In this document: positions 1 to 14,100 of the stretch, one piece after another
Layout of the letters: each line of letters begins with the position of its first letter
Position numbering within the stretch: the first letter of the stretch is position 1
Assembly (NCBI GenBank): GCA_000934665.2
Contig: KZ537970.1
Span: 124,001 to 188,000 of the forward strand
Direction: 5' to 3'
Length of the DNA stretch: 64,000 nt
Origin: Catajapyx aquilonaris
Taxonomy: Eukaryota
The notes under the pieces: generated by a model
The model's database searches: none
Seen by the model: only the letters and a program-made list of their open reading frames with translations
Told to the model about the DNA's origin: nothing
Made by a program: the position numbers and the translations under genes

Positions 1-3000
1 TGGGAAGGGCAACGGGAAGTTGATCTCAACCACAAACACTCATTACTCCGACCGCAATATCCGACTATTTGAACGTGGGTCCACCGATCGATGCTTGCTG
101 CTTGCCCATAGGTACACATACACTCTCCACCCTCCTTCCTCCAAAAGTTTTTTTTTTTGCCCTGCGTGATTTAACAATGGGGTTACCCAGGGGTGCAATC
201 GGGGTGTGGTTGGCGACCGCAAGTTGTTTCTTGGACCGCTTTTGGTATCCGAACGCCGGCTGGCGGCCTCAGAGTTAATTAACGCGGGAGGAAGATCAAA
301 GGCGCAGGGGGTCTTGGTGCGGCCCCCAATAATACTCTGCGGCCTTTAGAACCTACCTACCGTACCGTAAATCTAACTACTTCTGGTACAGGCTTTCTCT
401 GTGTTGGGCCTACCGGTTATGCGGCATGTCCAAGTCTTCTAACAAGGTCCTCGTGCCAGAGATAATGAACCGAAATTGCTCTTGTTCAGGTACGTTGCGG
501 TAGTGCGGTAGTGTTAACATACTGCAGGGGCGGTTACTTCAAATTATCTGTGAATTACCATAAAGTGTACACGCCACACAACCTAACACCTGCCAAAATC
601 TTTCTCCTCTTAGGCTGTTTGTTCAGATGTTTGTCCTACATGGTAGTATCGCTATCTCTCGCACGACCTGAGGGTGGCAGGAGTGTGCAATGAGCCATCT
701 ATGCGCGAATAATAGTACTGCGTGGTAAATCAGCGGGCCATCTCATTCAAGTTGTTTTATTATCACTGTCATACTGATTATTATCGGTTTTACCAAATTT
801 TGGCAACTGTTTCACTAGTATAGTTTGAATTAAAGTCAGGCTTCGAAAGACATTGCTTGGAGCTCTAATTTGGTGAAATTTTGCCTCTCTTTTTATAAGG
901 AAGTCGAAGTAAGTTCATTGTGTAACGCAAGATTTGGCAAATATTTGAGCAAGAAATTCGCAAGGGTTGCTCATCAGCAAAATACGAGTAGATGCAATTT
1001 TTCAATTACCCCTGCTTGCAATTCGGCAGATCCCGAGTTTAAAATAAACTGGCGGAAACCCCCACTTTCATTGTGGCCTGATGGTTCAACCTCCGGTTCG
1101 CGACTAATATATGGGCAGACTTGTTCCGATTTTATCAAAGCCGGGTCCCATGAATGGGTCAACAGGAATGTAATCTGCAATTTGTAATTATGCTAACACC
1201 ATAGGGTATGAGCATCTGGTTCCAGCACCGTTTGTCCTCCTAATCCATGGGATGCAATGTGTGCCAACAGGATGCAAGTTGGATTTAACGATAATAGGGT
1301 TTATATTGGAACCCGCGTTATGTCTGCATGGCGGTGGATTCGTTGGCCGGATTACAGCGAACCCATTCGGAGAACTCATCTCTGTGGTCAACAATCCGGC
1401 CGTCTTCCAGCACTCAAACCACTTGGTTGATTATCCGGAGTTTTTTTTCCTATTAGGAAAATGGGCTGACAAACCGGATAATCTCATTTCTGGAAGTACC
1501 ACGTAATAGAGAAATTTTGTGTTCAACAGCTCAGGCCGCCGGAAAAGGGATTTTGTCAGCTGTTGACACCGAAACAAGACAAGTCTTTCACAACTTGCTG
1601 CTACTCCGAGCAAGCAATCCGTCTCTGCCACACATCTCCGGGTTGATCTCTTGCCCCTGACATCTGGAGCCGAAACCCAAGAGAAACAGCTCGCCACTTT
1701 CTAACGAGATGTATCGGTGGGCAGAAGTGCGATGACCGGTGCCATCTATATTGGGCCTAGAAACATCGCCAGTTTCTTACAAAGAAATAAATCTAAAAAC
1801 TTTAGCGTCCGCTTTTGTGTGCGGAGAACTTCTGGAATACTAATGCTTTGTCTACGACACATCTGTCGGAGGCCTCGAGCATACGAGAGGAGAAAAAATA
1901 AATAAAGAGGAACTTTTGAAGATCCGTTACGGTATAGTTCATCCAAGAAAAGAGACAAACTTTCGTCCCACAAAACAATGCGGAATTGGATGTGCACGTC
2001 GTATTCGTAAAAATGATATGTAAGCAAACCTTACAGTTCAAGAGCTGAAACTTTTCCTTATGGAGAGGTTAATTCGGTAATGCAATTTTATGCCAGCATA
2101 AAAGTAATGGGAGGAAAAAAAGCGTTTTTATGAGGGGATCGTCCTTGCCAGAATGCCCGGCCGGGACTCAGGGGAAATGCGGATTTGTATAACCTTGGCG
2201 CAATGCGAACGGACTCAAACACTTTGCAAAGTCAAGGAGGACACAAAGCACTTGGAGCGACAAACCTCCCCTATCCTATTGGACTTGCTTCATAAATGAA
2301 ACTTGGAGTATTCTAAGCCACCGAAGTGGGAGAGAGGAAGCGGCAAGGTTTAGCAATGTGTGCACATTGTGTCAAGCTATTGTTTCGTCTCCGAGCTGGA
2401 CTATTATGCTATAAATCAGGATTACTTTATCATTTCCGAGCAAAAAAAAAATCCTTTGACAGGTCTGCTTTCAGACAGAAACAGAGTAGCAGCATTCACT
2501 TGTAGCTCGGGCAAACCTTTGAGAACAAACGGAAGTTAGAGTAATCCCTACGGGTTCTACAGTATGAGTAATGTCATAATGCAATTTAGGAGTAGACTTT
2601 CACTACCGAATTCAAGTGCAAAAGAAGGAACAAATCGTAGCCCTGGGAGTGAGAGTTGATGGTTCTAACGTCGCATATTGGTAAGGAGGCAGTACACCTT
2701 TTATTTCCCAAGTGACTAAACGCATAACACAATGTATGGGAGTATGGAAGCAACCTTAGTCTTCGAAAATAATTCGAGTATTTTTATTGTTGTTTCACAT
2801 TATCGCCATCCTTTTTCTCGACGCAGTAGGTCGTAAATCAAACTGTTGCGTGCGAGTCGTGGAAGAAAAATCGAGCCACCGCATTTCTCTTCGAAATTCG
2901 AAATGGAAACCTGTCGTAACCTCAAACTCGGCTTATCTAAAATTGCACAAACTTTTGATGCGCAACAGAAGCATCACTGTATTATCATCACTTCAGTTAG

Positions 3001-4713
3001 CAATGCGAAACGGAAAAAATTACGTAATGCCATTCCCTTCAACTTCATATAGGAAGGTATTTTAAGCGTCGCAGGATTTTGTTCAATTATTATTAATACA
3101 TTTTTAAAGTCTCTGTAAATTACACCTGTTGCAATCTGTGAAAAATTTTTGCATTAATTTGCATCCCACTCCGACGAGGCTTAGCTATACGACATCGTTG
3201 ACTCTCACCTTCTGCCCAGATAATAATTACTGGGCATCAAGTTACCTGCAGGGATCTGAGCCGACGCCCCCCGCCAAACCGCGTGACGTCTTCCGTCACG
3301 GCTTCCTTGCTTTCGAATCTCTCCTGATAATTCCTCCTACACAGCCTCGCCAATCTACCGGCGTCGCTGACGTCACAAGATCCACGGGGGAAGAGGGTGG
3401 TGAAGGGTCTTCTCGACCTCTCCTCGGGATACTCTGACAGGAGTTATACCTATTTTTTTTGTACTGATGTCATTTTCCGGATGTTAGGACACAATCGGAC
3501 TTGTTACATCTGTTCTAGACAGGGCTGGGTTAAGCCTCAGACAACCATTTATTGTATAATAGATCATGGGGAGACTAACTCGAGGTATCTATTATTTTGC
3601 CAGTAATAGCTGCACATGCTGTTTCTCACTTATTATCCGTTTGAAAAGGCACCAAATGCTTTTGAGTGGAGTTCACCTGACTCAACGAATCAATGGAAAA
3701 TTCAGTTTTGCGCAGACTGCAATATTGTACAATTGACATATTGCTTCTAAGACGTGACTAAATTAGGGAGAAAATGAGCACTCGCAAGGAGTGGGTGATA
3801 TTTCAAGTGCAGAAATAATTAAAACCACTCAAATTGAGCAGAAAGCGGTCCATAATAATTCAGACAATAATGAAGATTCAACATTACAGGCGCAGAGTGC
3901 ATGTTTCGCAAGGTTACAACAATCATTATTTTTGCAAGACCAATAAAACCGGCCCCTTGATTCTGCGCTGTTTAGAAGAGGTTATCACTTTGATCCGTGG
4001 AACGTTCTGACCTTTCCCCATAAGTTGCGCACCACGACACTGGCAAAAATCGAGCAAAGAATAAATTGCCAGGCAAGACTCCCAGAAGACACTCCAGAAT
4101 ACATGCAGTCAGGTATAGAGGTGGGCGCCTAGTGCAGAGAGGGTGTGAGGCGGAGTCAGGACAGAGTGCTTTCCAACCCACTTTTCTCTTCCTAAATGGA
4201 TGATGAAGGCCTCCGATGTCGGTTGGGGTCCCTCAGCCCAAAGCCCTGTATATGTGCAATGCATGCAAATTATCCGCGCTTGGAAAAACCTGCAATGCAG
4301 TTTTCTATGGTTTTTTTTGAAAGGCTATTTAACCGTTTCACGCCACGGATCCGGCGAAAGGGTAATGAGATTTACTTCAAGAACAGCCTCAGGGTTGGAG
4401 ATGCACTTAGGTAATATGCGGCCGAGGTTAAGAAACCAGCATGTGTATTTGTTCCTTTCTAAGAATTACTCAGACGAGACTTGCAGGACAGATAAAACCG
4501 TCAGCTTAGGTCCATAAAAAAATATACACCCAAGCCATCCCCTGTGCTTGCAGAATATAACCGTGCCCTCCTTTCAGACCGTAACTCAATTTCGCCCCTG
4601 ATTCCTCCATTAAAAGCGTCCGGTAATAAGGTGAAAATGGCGCAGAAAGTAAATTCATCCCTTTACTTCCACATGCCCAGCCAGATTGCGTTCATTTTCT
4701 TACGCATTTTGCA

Positions 4714-4825
4714 TTTTATCCGTGAAATATTACCTGCTTGAATAATTGCACATTTTTATCCGTGTTCTGTTCGGTTCGAAGTTTCTGTTACCACCTGCAA
4801 GCAGTATGCAATACTTTTATCCGTG
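4714..4825 (+). repeat. Three exact copies of TTTTATCCGTG
   Basis: Copies at 4714-4724, 4754-4764 and 4815-4825, each with TGCA 0-4 nt upstream; a degenerate fourth copy lies near 4548-4566. Confidence 0.8.
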
Positions 4826-4969
4826 CCCTGGGCATTTATAATCACTTCTGCTCTACGGTACGTAATCAGACTGGGACCAATTTGCATAAGTGCACATGTC
4901 AAGATCAGCCCAAGAGTTCGAATTGAAAGTCTTAGTCCAGCATACTCGTCCAAATGGAGCCTTATTCTG

Positions 4970-5168
4970 AGCATGCGATCAATATACGCATGCGTTAGTA
5001 AACGTCATTCTCTCACGCATAAAGCAAAAATTTTCACGCATACAGTGGCCTTATGCGTGATCAACGTGCGTTTAAAAGCCACTTCACGTATAAAAATAAG
5101 CGTGATTCCATATTATCACGCATAAAGCGATTATAAGCGTGATTGTATGCGTCAAAAGTTTTAGAGTG
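4970..5168. repeat. Cluster of TCACGC(A/T)T motifs in both orientations ending in a CACTCTAAAA-type terminus (probable one-ended CMC/EnSpm-like remnant)
   Basis: TCACGCAT at ~5013, 5034 and 5116; reverse copies ATGCGTGA at ~5053 and AAGCGTGA at ~5098 and ~5135; TTTTAGAGTG-TA at 5159-5170. No matching left end was found. Confidence 0.5.
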
Positions 5169-8100
5169 TACAAGCCTCTAATATCAGGAACTAGTATTTG
5201 AAGCGTAAAGTCGATCCGCAATGACGAAAAACTGCAAGTAGGAAAAATCGATAGGGGTAAGTGGACCGTAAAAGGTGAAATTCATTCTGAGTAATCGGCT
5301 TAGACTTCTCGTCTCTTTCTCGCACTTTTTTGTGTACGTGATCATATCCAATCGACTCAACCTGTTGCTTTCAATCCTTTATAATGGTATAGAAATGCAT
5401 TCTTAAGCTCATTAAATCAAGATTATCCGAAAGTCTTGGCAATCAACGGAAAGGCGTTCATCTCAGTTTCTTGGAGAGGCGCTCGATTCTTGTGTAAACG
5501 CCATTTATAAATTGGCGACCCCAATCCATTGATTACACTAACAACATTTTCACTATATTTTGGTTTTTGTATCAAAGTAGCCCATTGCATATATGAGGTT
5601 GACCTCTACCGCACTACAAGGTCATGGTGTAAGTGCCCTATATTTAGAAGTTTGATAAAATTGTTTCATGGCAACCTGTACATTTTGCAACAGGTCTCTC
5701 ACACATTCTACAGCCTGGCGGCCATTTCAGTAAGAAACGAATTTAAAACTTTCCCATGGGCCCTTTGGCTCCTTTTGTAAGGGCCACAGCTTGTCACAGT
5801 TTAAACCTGGCACCATGTCGGGAATACGAAAATTGTCTTGATCCACCATTCCTAGAACAAGTAATGTGAAATAGTCGGGTCAGGTAGTTGTATCTCCTGA
5901 GAAATCCCGCAAAAAACTGTAATAAAGTATATGTTCAATTGCGTTAGTAACCCTGCCAAAATATCATGATATTATTTGTAACGTGAAAACAACAACTAGC
6001 AAATCTGCACCTTCAAGGCAGAAACCAAAATTTCAAAACAGTGTCAAATACAGAAAAACCACGTTCTCTCCTATACCCATTGTGCTCTGTATAATGAAGC
6101 TACCGCTGCGACAGTGAGAATTAATTAAACCGCGGTCTATATATTCAGTAATCTGATCGTGTCTTTTTTGTCGCTGTTTATCCCGCTGCGCTTGTTCTAA
6201 TTAAAACCCGACTGATTACAAAGCTTAACTTATTCCCCTAATATTGTTATTAGAATTAAGCGTGCTGTTAGCAAACGTAGTGTTTCTTTGCCGTTGCATA
6301 CATAAGAAGGAATTCAGCTGACATCACTTGAATTTGCAGAAGAGCAGGTATTCCTTTTCAGCTTTTCAACAACCTTCATTTTCTCGACGTCGCTACTGTT
6401 GACTTATCGGACTCGGATGACAGCTTGTTTCCAGACATTCGCAAGCTGAAGTAGGGCCCCTCTAGATCAAAATATACATGAAGCAGAAAGGGTAAATGGG
6501 CTTACGTCTGCAGCCTATAAACAGAAGGAGGCACTCGTTATTCACGTTCCTTTTGTGTGGGCCGACACAACTTTCCAAGCAAGCTCAAATAAAGGGGTAG
6601 ATTATTCTTTAACTCCCGGGCTCTGCAGCATATTTCCTTTTGCCTACTACTTACTGTCCGCGACTCTTTTCCGTTCTCCTCAACCAACCAACTCTTGAAA
6701 TAAAGAAGTCTGCAAGTGAACTTGTTCCTATAGAGTTGTAAATAACTGCTGGGCATGTAACAAGGCAACTTTTCCGTCCCAACTTTGAACAGCCGAAATG
6801 TGGTGGTCCTTTAATTGAGCTGACTGGTCATGTACAATGCTGCTGTACATTCTCATAATTAGATTTCCTGCTGTGAATATTTCATTTCCTGCTTTTAATA
6901 CTGTCGCGTTTCAGTATTGCGTGGTGTTAAATACAGGTGGTCTGCTCTATCACACGAGACCAAGTTTAATTATTAACTATGGGGAATCCCGGCCAAAAAC
7001 GCAAAGCAGTACTGATCCATGCGAATTATACTCTCATCAAAGTTAATATGCTGCATACACCTTTACGAATAATTATGACTCTGCAGAACAAGCTATATAC
7101 GTTCGGTTTTACTGGAATTTTAAAAATTGGTGCTTCATGGATTTTATTAGTCCGCGGAGCACAGCCTATACATACAGTGCAAGCAAATTTTGGATGAAAA
7201 AAGATCTGCACTACCCAAAAGCTGGCACCGTAATCCACAAATGAACACGGACCATCAGGTGTTTACGGTAATTATACTAATCTGATATTGCTCACCTGTA
7301 ACTACAGAATAAGTCATGCAGATTGCAGAGGGCAATCCACAAGCAGAATTAGTAGAGTGTTTCTGACTACGCAGGAAATTTAGTTACTTTATTTGTGATA
7401 TTATTATTAGCTGGAATGCATTGCGCACTCTCTGACACTACTGACATTTAAAATATTCTCAAATGGGGCAGAGCTTTTATGAGTTATCTCCAGCATCTTG
7501 CTAGGTTTTCTCCGAATTATGTCAGATTTTATATATTCTTAACATTAATGAGTTAGCAATAAGCAAATAATAATGCCGGGAAATAAAATCTCAATCTACT
7601 CTAGTGGGAATGAGCATGTTTCACACTCCCACATTACTGTTCATTTGCGCAGTGTACAGTACCACCCTCCATATTTTGGGCAGCAATTTCATAACAACAG
7701 AGAGGAACGAGAAGAAACATGCTGCTTGTGACATACAGAGCAAGTTTCAACCAGCTCTAATTCAGCTTTCATACCCACAAAAGGAACAGCTCAATCTGAC
7801 GTTCAAAACACCCGCATTAAAAGTTGCTTCAACTTTTGATTCGCTAGGCGGGAGAGAATCGGGGGGGAAAATCTGCATTCTGGCAATATCCGACGGATAT
7901 TTTTGCGCCGCCGCATGCCCTTTTCGCAGCCTGGTAGCTTTTCGAGCACTATACAACCCTCTCTGTCCCCCACAAAAACTAAGCAGCGTCCTATAAATCG
8001 TTTGTTGGAGCAAAGCAAGCAGAAAGAATAAATCCACGCGTCCCAGTGACCCGAAGAGAAACGGGCGTAGGTAAGCGCTTTCAGCGACAAGAGTTCGGAA

Positions 8101-11100
8101 AAGTCCTTCCTTGCGTGAAATGGTATTTGGTAGGTCCCTGCGCCAGCACGCCTCCAAAGGCACCACTTTCAGATCTCCAGAAAATAAGCAGTAGACGCGC
8201 CCTTCCTAGCAGAGAAGGTGCCATTGATTTCAAGGCAACCACTATTGGGCTGCTAGAAAAGCAGGGGAGAGGCAAGAAGAAGAGAGAAAAACTTGCATTA
8301 CGTGCTCTTGTGATGCGGGCAAACCCCATCTGGGGAAGTCTTAACAGAGTCTTTTGTTGACTCCGTATGCTCTTGTTACACGGGCAGAAGGAATCAAGAC
8401 CTGATGCAAGTCTTCACTAAAGAGGCTTTTCCTTCCAGCAAGAAAGGGGGGGGGGGGGGTGAGAAATAACAAACATGAAAGACTTCCCCTTCGAGCCTTG
8501 CACAATGGCAGTGTGATCAACTTTTTGAATCCTTGGCCTTCTGTATGGATGGATAACTTTATTAATTAGAGTTTGGCTGTGCAGCTTGATCTCATACACG
8601 GTTGAAGAGGGATGCTGTGAAAAGAACGTCCTGCGTCCCGGATCCAATCAAAGTTTACCAACCACCTAATTACGCCACCCACTCTTTCACACCACATCTA
8701 AAACTGGAAAGTGCTCATTTCCTCCTTCACAAACAACCAAGGCTCTGCCGGCATAAAGGCCCCACTGTACTTGGAATTCGCTTACAAATTGGCATTAATT
8801 GCAGGATATAGCCGAAGGGAGCAACGTGAAGGCATATAACCGCATTGAAAGTCACCAGGCCTAGCCTACATACTGTGTATTTAAAACATGCCGCATTATA
8901 ACATGGAGTACGTGTCATTGTGTTACACAAAATGTGAATTGAAATCCATTTGAATCGATTCCCAGGGTAGCCTAATATGGCCACATGCAGGAGGAAGAAG
9001 TGCAGTTCTGTTGGATGAAATTGGTTAAGCTATGAATATGATCATTTGCAATTTATTAATTTCAGCAGTTATTCACTAACAAGGCCACTTTTGTATAACC
9101 TTTGACGGTCTGTTCATTACGAAGCTATATGTAATAAAATCAACTTATTCCTCAGTATATGTCCATTGAACACTATCCATAAGATCAGTCGATTGAGTCT
9201 GTACGACGTTCTTGTTAGCATACGTATGTGACACTTTGACAAGAGAGACGTGTGTACTTATCCGCTTTCAATTGCTGGGAGTAACAAAAAAAACACTCAT
9301 GATAGAATGGTATTTTATCACTGTAGAGAAGAGACATCTTGGACAACTGCGCAGTTGGGTCCCATAAATCCCTATTTTTTCTGACACAAAACCCCCTCCG
9401 AATATTGGTAAAGTTTGCCTGTCCAGACATTGGATCAGCTGAATACTGCACTGGAAGGCTCCGAGAAAGCAGCAGTAAAGCGATTTTGGAACAGCAAATA
9501 TGGTTGGCGTAGTTCAAACCGCGGACCCCCTCTTTCCAAACTCCTTCTCAAAAAAAGGGAGAGAAGGAGTGAGTGGTATTGCGGGGCTGGAGAATCACCC
9601 CAGGAATCTCTCCTTCCTTCAACCCCTATCGATTTCTGCAAGATTCCTGGGCCGACCGGGGTCTCTGCAGGCTACGACAACCTCCGACACTTCTCGGGGA
9701 GGTAGTACAGTCATGATACATCAGGCCTACATCCAGCGGGGCAATCAAAACACGATTGGGATCTCCACACCTTTCAGCCTCTTTATCGATTCAACCTCCC
9801 TTAGGCTCTCTTTACAAGTGTTTTGATTGCCAAATCTGAGCTTGCACTGGACGTAAAGCCTCGCGGGAAAAAAAGGTTTATGAACCAGAATTTTACAATG
9901 ACTGAGACAATAATCAGCACAGAATTTGTATGCTGGTTGTATTTACATTCCCGCTTCACATACTTGGTACTACTTCGGCAGCGCACCACCCTTTAATGCT
10001 GCTCAAAGTAAATTATTGCCAGGCTCATATTTTTGGCCAGGCTATACCTTCATACGCAATAAATTGCAATAACCCTTCTTCATAATTTCATTTTAGAATG
10101 TTAATCAAGGTTGTAAAAGTTGTAGTGCAATGTGGTGCAGGGCTCATTATAGGGGTTGAGTAAAATTTATTAATGCCTCAACCAGATTTACTTAGAATGT
10201 ATTTTCAAGCGTTGTTTCCAGCCTGCTTTTTAAAAAAACCAACCAAATATTCTCTCTGGTACGCCATTCTTTACATAGTTTACAGGTAATGTCATTGCCA
10301 CATTCTATGGTCATATATTGAAAGTAGTAAAAAGTCATGTGTGGACATTAGTGAGTAAGTTTCGATGCAAAATCATGAGACGTATAGGCTTGCCAGGATT
10401 AACATAATGTCACCTGCAGCATAATTATGTGACACCAGTTTAGTATTACTCGCTCTCCGGTAAGTACTAGCCCAATAGTCCCACATCATCATTCACTAGC
10501 TGTCCTATTAGCATTTTCACTTTCCCAAGATCAAAATTGCTCAGCGGTCTGCATTTGAACATAGACAGATAATACGGATCATCGCATTATTTATGCCATT
10601 TCGAGCTTATCAGTGAGGCAGGTGGACATCACTGTAGTGCATGTGACACGGCTTCCTGGGGAACCATTGTCGACTAATGGCGGCTTCATATATGCGGTCC
10701 TAAACCCATAACTCACTTGTGTTTATGAGCCTACTAATTCAGAGATCTCAACATGCGACTCATCGCAGCTAATTGTATTGCCTTCACCTGAAATTAAATG
10801 GCTCCCATGTAATTATTGAGCAGCCCACACTGCTTCTTCGTGTACCTATAAGAATATTTAATGTTCCATTTGGTATGTCAGACAACCCCAGGAGTCCATG
10901 TACTGTACTTTTCCTTCTGACAGTGTGGGAGGTTCACTGTCCCGCTCCTGAGAATATAAAAAAGGGGTCTAGCGGATCGATAGACAGTAGGAGACAGCAC
11001 TGCTGCAACACTTGGCTCCCACCATGTAGTACCACAATCACCTCTGTTCCCAGGCCCCAAACCGGCCGATTTGAGAGGTGGAGATGTGTGTGTTCTGGCT

Positions 11101-14100
11101 CTGGCAGCCCTGGCTATGTGCGTGTGTGCTCCGGTAGAAGCTCTCTGTGTACAGTATATGTACAGTAGTTCCGAGGATCGATGGATGGGAGTGATGGGCT
11201 TGCCGCAGAGAGCACCTCCCTTCCCTACCACCCTCAACCCCACCTCTTTCCCTTTGTCGCCCTGCAAATCACGGTTACAAGACTTCCTTTTCCCCGAAGG
11301 AGGATCATTAAGACCCCGGGGCCGTTTCCACGCAAATTGTCATTGAAATGTTAGGTGCAGTATCTCCGGCTCTCCGCTCTTGTGTGCGCACAGGGTAAAA
11401 CGAGGTCTCAAAAGGATCGGGAGGGTTGATGCGCTGGGTTTAATTGCACTCTCCCTACGGAGGAGACTTGTCTCTACGCGAAAGGTTGCAAACAGAAAGT
11501 GGTCCGGTTCGACGCTAATCTTATTAAGCAAATTTGGACGGATCCGTCTTAATGGTATGTACTTAGCCTGCACTTATGTGGCTTCCGTTTGAGGCACTTT
11601 CCGTAGTCGCGTGCGACACAGAGATGGGAAGTCCCTAAGGATTCCGCTCTGGACACCGAAGGTAACTTACTGAGTAATTACTATGGAAATGTAACAAGGT
11701 ACCAGTATCTGAAATGTTATACAAGTAAGCAACAAGTTACCCAATGGGTTAGTTAGTTATATACCTCAGTTGTCTAGGGTAGGCCTATAGTATAGACTAT
11801 AGGAAGATAGTAGCCGAACTTAATATTGCGTTGAAACTATATGTGACACATTTACAGTAGGGCCTATACATCCACCTCTCATGAGTGTAATTTTAGCAAA
11901 GCTGGGCATGGTATGAAAGAAGTCCTTACGCGTCTTCACTACAGGACCGTTCTCAAATCGCCAGCCAATCAGTGTGTTAGCCCTCTTCTACAAAACACAA
12001 GGGACCAAGAAAGGAAAGGAAGAAAATCCTCTGTGGCCATTTCGAAAAGGAAACCCCGGATTGTCCTGGAGGTGACCAGGAAATCACATAAAACCGCGGT
12101 CTGAAGTAAAACCGGAACCAATGGAATATCACATTGTACACCAAAGCACTACACTAACTTTTCTTTGCGTAAAGCTCTACTGAGTTCACTTTTAATTAGA
12201 GAAATACTGTATTTAAAATGAAATAAATATTGCAGGAATTATTCAATTACAAATCAATTATGTACAAAAGTTTCAAACAAAAGAGCCTGAGACACAACCA
12301 CGATTATACTTACAAGGAACCAAATTCAGCTACATTTGATATGCGATGATACTGGATGGTACAGTATGATATAGGTCTATACGTATACATATATGCTACG
12401 TAGATGTTCGGTAAGTTACACAGACGCCTTCTGGCCTTTTCCCTTTAACTTTCATTAACACGACATGCAAATAATTAATCAGAACAGATTCTGAAATTTT
12501 CCCACATTAACGATGGTCAGAGTAGATTTCCCATGCAAGAACAACAACATCAGATTATTACCAGATTAGTAACCCGCGACGGCCAACAAAACGCAACAAT
12601 ACTGGGTCTTTGATTGTAATGGATTATTATTCATGCCCATAAGATAACTTTGTAGCGCCTTGCCAAAGGTACGGTATGTAAAGCCACCGTTGCAGATACG
12701 TCTTAAGACTCTTAACACTCAATATAAAACAAAAATACGAGTATATTATCTGGCTTGGATGAGTAATAGTTTATCATTGGCAACACAATTTGTGTCTTTT
12801 CACATACACTACAGTATAATAATATTATGCAGAGTGAGTAATATTAAGATTAAATTAGTACATTCGATAAAGTCATCATGTTCCCTTTGAAGTCTTCTCG
12901 TGAGAATCTGCGAAAGCTTATGCAAGAATACGCATTCATATAAACGAGGCGTGCGATTATTTTTTAAACACATAGATTTTAAAACTCCCCCAAAATACTG
13001 TATTTTTGTCAGCTTACTTTATGGTTATTTTCTTGTAGCTTTATTATACTGTAATTTGTACCACGAGAGAACTCTTGAAAGAGTTGAAACCAAAGTTCTG
13101 CGCGGTTAGGTATGAAATACGTCACAGAGAATGGGCTACCGAATCGAAATTAAGTTACAGTTGGATTGCCAGCACATAAAATCGTTCAGATTGATCAACA
13201 GTAACTCCGAATTTTGAACATTGCAATTTGGCGAAAATCGCTGAGATATGAAAGTCTAAATAATTGGCATTCGCATTCAATCAGGCCCTACACAAAGGAT
13301 GATTTTTATAATGTAATGCGGGCGATGTGATGTGACCTTTTTCTCACGTACTCCGGACGTGATTTCCTTCCAGATCCGCGCTTCAGTTCTGAGTGGAATT
13401 AGTAATACTCTCTAATAATGGAAATTGTGTGGGCGACTTTTAAGCCATTCGCATTCCCGCAATGTTTGTTTTTCATTAGCAGTAACAAAATGTGTAGGCC
13501 TACCCAACTATACTGTACTATTTGTGAGAAACAGTTTCGTAACAAAGCACAATAATATTGCTCTCAGCAATTTAGCTAGGGTTTTTTGTGCTTAACTTCT
13601 ATAGTGATTATGGATTTGTAGCAGACAGTGTGTACAGTACACGAACTCTATTAAATGCAGTATTTGAAGTGTTACATATGAAACAGTCACGCTCTCCCGT
13701 GCTACCCAGTGTATTATCATGAACGTGAAGCAATGTCAAGGATCAGCAGATAAAACCAACAGATGAGATTGCATCTGCAACGATATCATGTTGCTTTTGG
13801 CATGGACAGGAGAAATGCATGCGAGGGAGAGGAACCAGTGTGAGGGGAAAGTCATCTAGGTTGACGAGGGGTTAGATTGGCAGGAACATGCTGGGTGGGT
13901 CTGGGAAAACGAAACATTATTGCAGTATCACATCCGTGGAAGGGACCCACGGGTCCTGCTGTATAACACCATGCCCTTGGCACACTTAGGACAATCGGCT
14001 TTCGCAGCACTTGTTGCGTCCCTCCAGGAAAATCGCCGCATTAGCGTTTTGTACCACCGCTTGGACACAAAATTGCGTTTTACATGACAATATCAACGCT

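Noticed and set aside
1104..1174. Possible minus-strand terminal exon (YIPVDPFMGPGFDKIGTSLPIY*)
   Set aside because: Short, has a weak pyrimidine tract, no compatible upstream exon was found, and I recognise no homology.
4714..4825. CRISPR-like repeat-spacer pattern
   Set aside because: 11-bp repeats, unequal spacing, eukaryotic context and no cas genes.
9973..9982. CTTCGGCAGC (also near 36470) resembling the U6 snRNA 5' stem-loop
   Set aside because: Only 10-11 nt match; the ACAGAGA box and the rest of U6 are absent.
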